Assembly: GCF_009914755.1 (NCBI RefSeq)
Contig: NC_060925.1
Strand: one strand, 5' to 3'
Source: the human T2T-CHM13v2.0 reference genome, Homo sapiens
Length of the DNA stretch: 64,000 nt
The notes under the pieces were generated by a model. That model had not been told where the DNA came from. It made no database searches and saw only the letters and a program-made list of their open reading frames with translations. Each line of letters begins with the position of its first letter. Position 1 is the first letter of the stretch. Below, one piece after another: positions 54,222-64,000 of the stretch. The translations under genes and the position numbers were made by a program.

Positions 54222-54518
54222 GGCCAGGCGTGGTGGCTCATGCCTGTAATCCCAGCACTTTGGGAGGCCGAGGCGGGCGGATCACGAGGTCAGGAGATCG
54301 ACACCATCCTGGCGAACACGGTGAAACCCCGTCTCTACTAAAAATACAAAAAAATTAGCCGGGCGTGGTGGCGGGTGCCTGTATTCCCAGCTACTCAGGA
54401 GGCTGAGGCAGGAGAATGGCATGAACCTGGGGGGCGGAGCTTGCAGGGAGCGGAGATCGACCACTGCACTCCAGCCAGGGTGACAGAGCGAGACTCCATC
54501 TCAAAAAAAAAAAAAAAA
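54222..54518 (+). mobile_element. AluY
   Basis: CpG-rich dimer with AluY diagnostics. Confidence 0.96.
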
Positions 54519-54756
54519 TTATGAAAATGTGTCTAATCTCTGCTTCACCTTTAAGCCTCACCTGAAATGAAATTCAGATTATGCATTTATCCCTTCATTC
54601 TGATTCTTTTATTAAGGAGGTGTCAAAAACTTTGTCTTTGGAATCCAATAAGTCTGGTTCAGATCTTAACTCTGATGCTTAAATACCTGTATGACCTTAG
54701 AAAATTTGCTCAACTTCTTTGGGTATCAGTGTTCTTAATTTTTTTTTTTTTGAATT

Positions 54757-55445
54757 TAAAAGTCAAAATAATAACAGATGGCAAGGTTGTGGAGAAAAGA
54801 GAATGCTTATACACTGCTGGTGGGAATATAAATTAGTTCAGCTATGTGAAAAGCGGTTTGACAATTTCTCACAGAAAATCGTAAAACAGAATGACCACCT
54901 GACCCAGCAATCCCATTATTATTTGGATATATTGGTATATACCCAAAGGAATATAAATCATTCTGCCATAAAGACACATGCATGCATATGATCATTGCAG
55001 CACTATTCACAATAGCAAAGATATGGAATCCACTTAAATGTCAATGGTAGACTGGATAAGGAAAATGTAGTACATGCACACCATGGAATACTATGCAGGC
55101 ATAAAAAAGAACAAGATCATATCCTTTGCAGCCACATAGATGGAACTGGAGGCCATTATGCTCAGTGAACTAATGCAGGATAGAAAACCAAATGCCACAT
55201 ATCCTCACTTATAAGTGGGAGCGAAACATTGAGTGCACTTGGACACAAAGAAGGGAATGACAGACACTGGGGCCTACCTGAGGGTGGAGGATCGGAGGAG
55301 GGAGAGGAGCAGAAAGGATGATTATCGGGTATTGAACTTAATACCTGATTGATGAAATACTCTAGATACTAAATGCTCATGACACACAATATACCTAGAT
55401 AACAAGCCTGCACATGTACCCCTGAATCTAAAATAAAAGTTTAAA
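54757..55445 (+). mobile_element. L1PA/PB 3'-end fragment (ORF2 end + 3' UTR)
   Basis: GACCCAGCAATCCCATTA, GCAGCACTATTCACAATAGCAAAG, CACATGTACCCCTGAATCTAAAATAAAAG. Confidence 0.92.
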
Positions 55446-55459
55446 CATAATAATTTAAA

Positions 55460-56400
<941 letters not shown>

Positions 56401-58809
56401 AAAAAAAAAGTTTAGAGGATTTGACAAAATCTCCAGCCACCATGCATGGCCCACACTGTGCCTTAGACAGCTAAGGACTCGGTGAAGAGAGTTCATTCAT
56501 TTGTTCAACAAACATTTATTGAGTCCTTTCAGTGTGCCAAGTCATGGCTGAACACGACCTGGTCACTATCTGCAAAGAGTTTATACTCAAATGTTGGAGC
56601 TTACAGTTTTGTGGTAATTAACACGTCAAGTGCAGCCTTTCACAAGAATATTATAATTTGAGTTGGGTTAGTGACCCAACAGCAAAAGACCTTATCGCTC
56701 TCTGTCTACCTACCCTGCTTGATCTCACTAGACATTACCAGAAACTTCACCTGAACAAACAGGGACAACATTTGGTTTTTGATGAGGTGATGTCTGGTTT
56801 TTAAAATTAAGTATCCCAGATAAATTGCTGGTCTGTGCCAGAAACCAAAATACAGACATCGCCACTATTTCTAAGAGAACTATGTGAGCTCATCCTGTGT
56901 CCCCTGGAGGGTCCCCCCCGACACCGCGTAGTCATCATGGAAGACATTAGCAGCGGTACCCAGGGTGATGAGCGATATTCTATTAGGCATTCTTCTCTTT
57001 TTCCTTGAGCGAGTTTTCTGCATGTGTGGAGTTTCTTTTAAGCTTCAGTACACAGTTCAGAGGGTAATACCATTAATTAAACCAACAAGGTAATGTAATG
57101 AAAGGTAGGAGCCTCCACAGTATACTAGATTTAGCCCTGATTAACAGGGTGGCCCCCCTGACACTGCAAAGCCTCGCTCCCTACTATCCGAGGATAAAGC
57201 CTCAATTGTAATTAAAACTAGGGAAGAAATTTCACTCTTCTCTGCAAGTGGAAAATGAACAGTTTAAAAGCAGAGGACCAAAGGAATCACTTAGAGAAGT
57301 CAAAGAGATATCCCAAAAAAGCCCCAAAGAGGCTTGACTTATAATTAGCAGCTAAAAGATTTCCAGTCATATTTCATCAATTTCTGTTTAAGGGGGAAAA
57401 AAACTTTAAGACTATTTTGACAAGATAGAGTTTTGACTGAGGTTGGGGGAAGCTAAAAGCGTTACTTTAAAATGTAATTATGTGAAACTTCAATTATCAT
57501 CCTGCCTTTCAAAAGTCTCTCGATTCAGCAGGCAATTAGCAGACATGAAAGAGGGCGGGAGGTTTGTGCGTTGGACGATGTGATTTCTTCTCAGGGACAG
57601 ATGCACTCGGTGTAATTTGCTGTTTGCAATTTCCCCGGAAACGAGAGGTTGTGGGAAGTGGTAGTCATTTGGGCTGGCAAAGAAACCTAGTCCTTTTTAG
57701 CAATGTCTTTTCTCCCTGGCCGCACCCATATTCATACCTGGATGTCTACTTGTTTCTCGCTTTTCAGGGGACCTACGGGATTCTGAGGGATATTTGATAT
57801 GTCGTGCAGATTTATATCTAGAAGCTCTTCTCCCCTGAGCATGAACTTTAGTTGAAAGAGCTGGCACAGCTCATGAGAATTCCTTCCTTCGTTCTCATAC
57901 CTGGTGGGGCTGCGGAATTCTGGCCCCAGCCAACTGGACTGAGCCCTGCTGAGAGTTTGCAAGCGTCATTAGAGGCCTTTTATTCTGTCCTCTTTCTCTC
58001 CTGCTGCCTGTACACATTATACGGAATTAATGACTTCTGGCTGTCAATCAATGACACTGTTATTGAAATTCATGAGTTTAGATTCTGACATATGCACTAA
58101 GTGCTAAGCATGGATGAAAATATAAAGCTTCAGCCATTAGCTGGTAAAGCTAGTCTTCCTCCTAACAGCGTGCTTTTGTAGAACACTTCCCTTTGCACTC
58201 CAGCAGAAACAACATTGTGTGCACAGATTCTTACAACAGCCCATTGTGTTGTTTGGTGTACCTATTTCGCAGATGAGAAAGTGGAGGTCCAGATGGGTCC
58301 AGGTCAAGTGCCTTGCCCGGGGTTACCATCCCGGCTGGGGGTCTTAGCATCTCTCATGAGCCCCTACAGCAGCATCTTCCAGCCTCTCGTCCACTTTCTC
58401 CAAGCCACAGCCTGAGTGAACCTTCTGGAATGCAAGTTTCTCTGTGTGATTCTGCTTCTGAACACCACCTCGGTGGTTCTCTGTGGTTCCAGATCCAGCC
58501 TCAACTCCTTACCGTGGCTCCTGAGGCACCTCTGTGCCTGACTCTGCCTCTTTCCCTTGTCTTATTTCTTGATGTTGCCACGTGCAGCCTACTCTCCAGC
58601 CACACCAAAATCCTCGAAGCCTTTTCCAGACTTCTCAAGGTTGTTCATGCTGCTTGCGGCCCTGTTCCCTGCTTTTCATGCAAAAAAACATTCCACTGAT
58701 CCTTAAGTGCCACTTCTGGGAAGCCTTCCAGACTCTGCCAGGGACTGTGCTCCTACTGTGTGCCCCTTTAGCACTCTGAAGTCGCTTACCAGGACACTCG
58801 GTAAATATT

Positions 58810-59320
58810 TATTACTTGGTAAATATTTATTGAGCACCTACTATGTTCCAGGCACTGTTGGAGGCCCTGGGATAAAGCAGTGAACAGACAGACCAGTAGG
58901 GGGAAAGACACAGTAACCAAATAAAACTGTAGTGCACTGGGGCTGCTAAGGGAAATCAGAGTGGCTGGGGGGCTTGTTTTGATGGGGGCATCAGGGAAGC
59001 CTTCTCAGAGCGGGAAGGGTGTGAAGGAGCCAGCCATGGGATGTCAGGGGGCCAAGCGTCTCAGCATCCAAACAGAAGAAAGAGCATGTGCAGAGGCCCA
59101 TGAGGCTGCAGCCTGCTTAGTGTGCTTGAGGGATGCAAGGAGGCCTCTGTAGCTGGGGCCCAGCAAGTCGCCCAGGAGGTCAATAAGAGATGAGATCAGA
59201 GGGGTGGCTGGGCCAGAGAGTGCAGAGGAGTGAGCCCTTGCAGCTGGCGAGCTGGGAGGCCCGAGGAGGCATGTCTGCACAGGCCTGATACGATCTCACT
59301 CAGGACTTAAAAGGCTCGCT
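58810..59320 (-). mobile_element. L2 fragment
   Basis: AAATATTTATTGAGCACCTACTATGTTCCAGGCACTG 3' end. Confidence 0.8.
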
Positions 59321-60621
59321 CCTCACTCCCCTCCTATCACTGTTGATTTAATCTGCTTTCTTCCTGCTGCGCTGTAAGCTCTGTGAAGGCAGGGGCTGCG
59401 TCTGGTTTGCTCACCATTGTATTCCTAGGGCTTAGCACAGTGCCTGCCTTCTGAGGGTACCTAATAAATATATGTTCAATGACTCCCAGCCGAGCTAGTT
59501 TCCCGTTAGAATCCACAGCAGCTGACAAACAGAGAGCCAGGGTATTCATGTTCTGGGTAGCATAACCCCCGACCGCCAAACAACCAGCTAAGTTTAGAGA
59601 AGCTCCACACCTAGGCCTGATTTGCATTGTGCAAGGAGCACCCAGTTGTGTTGAGGAGGCTGTTCTTGTGTGGGGTTGAGGGGTAACAGGTTTATTCTCT
59701 GCCCATCAGGCGTCTACTTGGCATTTGGGTCACGTGTGAATCACAGATGTTTCCGACGGCTGATGACAGTGTGGGCAAGATGGATATGGAACTCTCTCTC
59801 TCTCTCTCTCTCGTCTGTCTGACCTTCTCACCCTCTCTTTCCCAAGAAATAGGCAGCACCCATCCATCCACTTGCAAACAAAATCAGTGTGTTCTCTGCG
59901 TTATTTTCTGCCTTTGCAATGGGACATCTCAGTCTCCATTGCTACAGACCGGGTACAGATTACACCTGATCTGGTCCTGGGGCAGTGGATCCGGGTGCAG
60001 TTCTGTGTAGCATGCATGCCTATGGATCCTGTGAGTTTGTTTGAAAGGACGACCTTTTGTCGGCGGAGTAATTTCAGTTTTAGTTGGCACCCTAGACAAA
60101 GCAGTCTTTCAACACACCCGCAGCATATAAGCAGCCAGGACTTTTTCAATGAGATTGCAGGAAATTTGCCAAGTCGTTTGGGGCCTGTAAATTAGGCCTT
60201 GTTTAAAAATTTAGATAAAGCCCAATGTGAGAGAGAAATGCTTTCATAACATTAAATGTGAATTACACTGAAAACCCCTTTCAAGTTAAATGGAACTGTT
60301 CTCTGGAAGCACAGAGACATGAAATGCTTCAAATGTCAAAAGAGTTTTCATTTATTGTCCCAAGTAAAAGCGAAGGCATTTTATGTGGTTTAATAGTTCA
60401 GATGCACATGTAAATGGAATTCATCTGGAGAATGCCGGGCCAGATACAGAATCTATTTTCACAAACCTGAATGATTTCATTTTATCTTTGCAGTAACCTT
60501 ACAAGGGGTGGGTCCCACCGTCCCTGTTTCAGAGATGAGGAATCCAGAAAGCTGGACGGAGACATTCATGTCAGCTGCAATCTTGCTACCAACACCTCTT
60601 GCTTCCATCATTAACACTTAA

Positions 60622-60972
<351 letters not shown>

Positions 60973-61189
60973 TAAAGAGATCAATTCTCATACGGTGGCA
61001 GGGGGAGGATGGAGTGTCTTATGGATAACGAGTAGTCCCCAAGAAAGGTGTTGGGGTTGGCGTGTGTTTATTTGTTAGTGCCTGACATTGTAAGAAACAT
61101 GTTTTTCTCTCTCCAAGAGCCTTTTGTGAACATCAGTTTGCCATATTCGTTGCTGTATTCCAGCAGCAGCTCCTGTCTCAGTAGGCTGT

Positions 61190-61570
61190 TCCCTTTGCTC
61201 TTCTACTAAGTCACTTAGGAGGTGATTTGTTGCAACGAACAGAAACCCACGTTAAACTGGTTGAAATGGTCAGGGATGCTCATGATGGAAAACCTCGCAG
61301 GCTGCGAGCACCCCAGCACGGCCCATGCAGCAACTCGGGTGAGGTGGCCACGCCCTGCCTCTTCTTTGCTCCCTCCGGTTTCCTCTGTCCATAGCAGTCT
61401 TCCTCTTCTGGTCCAAAGATGGCTGCCACGGCTCCAGGGCTCGTTGCTTCCTTGTTCACATCCACTAGGTAGGAGCTCACTCTGTCTAATCTTTGGGAAA
61501 AAAGTACTGGACTTAGATCTGAGGGATCAGTTGGGTCGCATGCCCACCTCTGAGTCAGGCACTGAAGAAG
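61190..61570 (-). mobile_element. Old MLT1 LTR fragment
   Basis: TTGTTGCAACGAACAGAAACCCAC...AAGATGGCTGCC...GGGTCGCATGCCCACC. Confidence 0.6.
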
Positions 61571-61685
61571 GGTGTGGTGGGAGTGGAGCTGGGGAGGCAC
61601 TAGGGCCGGGTTGTTCTGCTGGGTTCTACTCTTAAACTAAAACCTAAGGAAGCTGCACACCCTGGGGCTAGGGCTGGAGAAAACC

Positions 61686-61915
61686 CGGCAGCCTGCTGGT
61701 GGATGTTGATCATTTGGCTCTCTGAGAAGCAAATAAAGCCCCACCTACCCGCCCCCCTGCCACGCCGCCCCCAAATGCAGCATTTGCCAATTCCCATGGT
61801 GTAAATACATATTTCTGCTAGGGTTGATTTTCAGCTACGAATGCAATGTCAGTGAACATGGCATTGGGAACAGAAACATCATTGGCCCTCAGGCCAGTCC
61901 CCCACTGTAACACTG
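61686..61915 (-). mobile_element. MER63-like hAT element
   Basis: CATTTGCCAATTCCCATGGTGTAAATAC...GATTTTCAGCTAC...GTCAGTGAAC. Confidence 0.7.
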
Positions 61916-62210
61916 TTCCTAAAATCTGTGGGCTCTATAGAGGGAATAATGGCTCTTCAAACAAATATCAGAGAAGGGGAAATGAATAAATGCAGGCATG
62001 CTAAAATGAGCATCCCTAGGGATACCCCAGCTCGGTCCTGATGCCGTATTCACCCTAGTTCTTCATGGTCCAGCTTTAAGCCAACTGCTAGTAGTTGTTT
62101 CCTGTCCCTTCTGTGAAAGTGTGGATGGTGGGGGGAATTTAACTCTTGAGCTGTTGTTCAAGCTGGGGCCTTTCAGCAAATTCCTTAACCGTTGTCTGTA
62201 TACTCAACTA

Positions 62211-62486
<276 letters not shown>

Positions 62487-62779
62487 TTATTCTCTCTAAT
62501 GATTCCCCTACCCCAAGTGGACCACAGTTCAACAGTGTAGCCTAGCAGAGAAGTCATGAACTCTGAAATCAGACAAGCCTGGATTCAAACTTCAGGTCTG
62601 CTGCTTTTGGGCTGTGTGACTGTGGGGAAGACACGTAACCTCTCTGAAGCTTTGTTTTCTCATCAATAAAATGGGGGTAATAATGCCTTATTTTGAAGGG
62701 TTGTTGCAAAGATTGCTATAGGATAAAGTCAATAAGGGCACAATAAAAGTAAAAATCAATATGTTTAAAACATAATTTC

Positions 62780-63245
62780 ATAACTAGTATACGTTGATTA
62801 CCCCTTCATCCAAGCGTATTGATCTTCTAGCAGCAGCCTCCAGTTTTGCTCTGGGGATCCATTTTTCCCTGACTCTTAGGCTGAGAGGTTCATGGAACAT
62901 CCCCTACCCTGCTGCCTCATCCTGTATTCACAGTTACTAGTTCAGAGACAGGTCCATCAGCATCCAATCAGAGTGAATCCAACAGCTGCTATGGAAAGCT
63001 ACTAGGAAGTGACCCCCTCTGCGCTGGGATCTAAGAGATTAAAAGGGCGGAGCTGCCACGGCCATCTTGGCATCACAAGGTAGGGAGCACCAAGTATGAG
63101 CCAGGAAACAGTGAAGGCTAGAATAATTTGAGCCTGGATCAAGCCCCCATCCTTGGACATTTTAGTTACATACACCCATACGGTCTTTTTCTGAGGCTAG
63201 GGCTGGGAATTACCATCAATCACAACCAAAATCCTATCTGATTCA
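62780..63245 (+). mobile_element. Old MLT1 LTR
   Basis: CCAATCAGAGTGAATC, GCCATCTTG, TGGACATTTTAGTTACAT, CACAACCAAAA. Confidence 0.6.
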
Positions 63246-64000
63246 TGACACCTGGAGAAACTGAGCCTCAGAAAGGTGGCACAGGTGGAAAGAGATGGCA
63301 CTGCTGGTGAGTGGTGGTGTAGAGACGCAGGCCAGGCCCTCCAGCCCCGATCCTGCTACCTCTCACCCCAGGGCCTGCTGCTACCTTGGGAGGATCACAT
63401 TCAGGTGTCCAGCTGGTGGCCCCGCCACGGTACAGCAGAGACATGTGACTCTAGATTATGCACGTTGCAGCTTCTCGCATCACACTGCATGCTGGAGAGA
63501 GGGCGGGAGCACATGAGCCTTCATCCTTCAGCTGCTGGGATTTTTCCCAGGGAATGAAGTGATGAACATCCCCAGGTAGCTGCTCCCCTCGTGTTGGCGA
63601 GGAAGCTCTCGGGTGAAATGTACCTTTGGGGGTTGTGTATCTGAAGCTCTGTGTTGTTTTTATACCAGAAGAAAGAAAAAGCAGTGAGAGACATCTGGGG
63701 TCAGCTCTCTTAATATCACACAACAAATTCTGGCAAGCACCCCCCAGCTTTGAATAAATGTTATTTTGATTGGATTTAGAAGTTTGGAGAAGACAAAATG
63801 ACACATTTTCACACTTCCCTGTCAAACCAAAGTATGATTGCCAAACTGCTAAGTTTTTAAAAAGCAGGAAAGGGAACAGCTTATGTGAAACACCTTCATT
63901 GCAATTCCAGGTTTCTGGGGGGCTTTGCTGTAATTCTCATTTTCCCCTTATCGTGTACAGGTACACCTCACTTACTGGAGCTAAGGCTTTCTGGGGTGGG

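Noticed and set aside
54719-54991. ORF resembling the L1 ORF2 C-terminus
   Set aside because: Degenerate, 5'-truncated L1 fragment; not an intact gene.

Overview
Primate (very likely human, 1p36.21) genomic DNA. The only protein-coding sequence I can support is one + strand exon of KAZN (kazrin), CDS 30813-31038 (MMEDNKQLALRIDGAVQSASQEV...NPQLGAQ), inside a CpG island at about 29.9-31.4 kb. Everything downstream is KAZN intron. An in-frame splice acceptor just upstream of the ATG suggests the upstream half is intron of a longer KAZN transcript. The rest is interspersed repeats (17 Alus plus one Alu monomer, THE1/MST/MLT1 LTRs, L1, L2, MIR, MER and Tigger DNA transposons, a tRNA-derived SINE) and unique non-coding DNA. 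Nearly all ORF-track entries are repeat-derived or chance ORFs. I found no convincing new gene or multi-gene system. The two most interesting observations are: (1) a compact candidate control module at the KAZN start (G-quadruplex motif, 14-codon uORF ending 2 nt before the main ATG, in-frame acceptor, possible 72-nt intron that would remove the uAUG); and (2) a ~195-bp local inverted duplication, one arm later hit by an Alu, so the empty target site is preserved nearby. Repeat subfamily names are from recalled consensus sequences and boundaries of old repeats are approximate.
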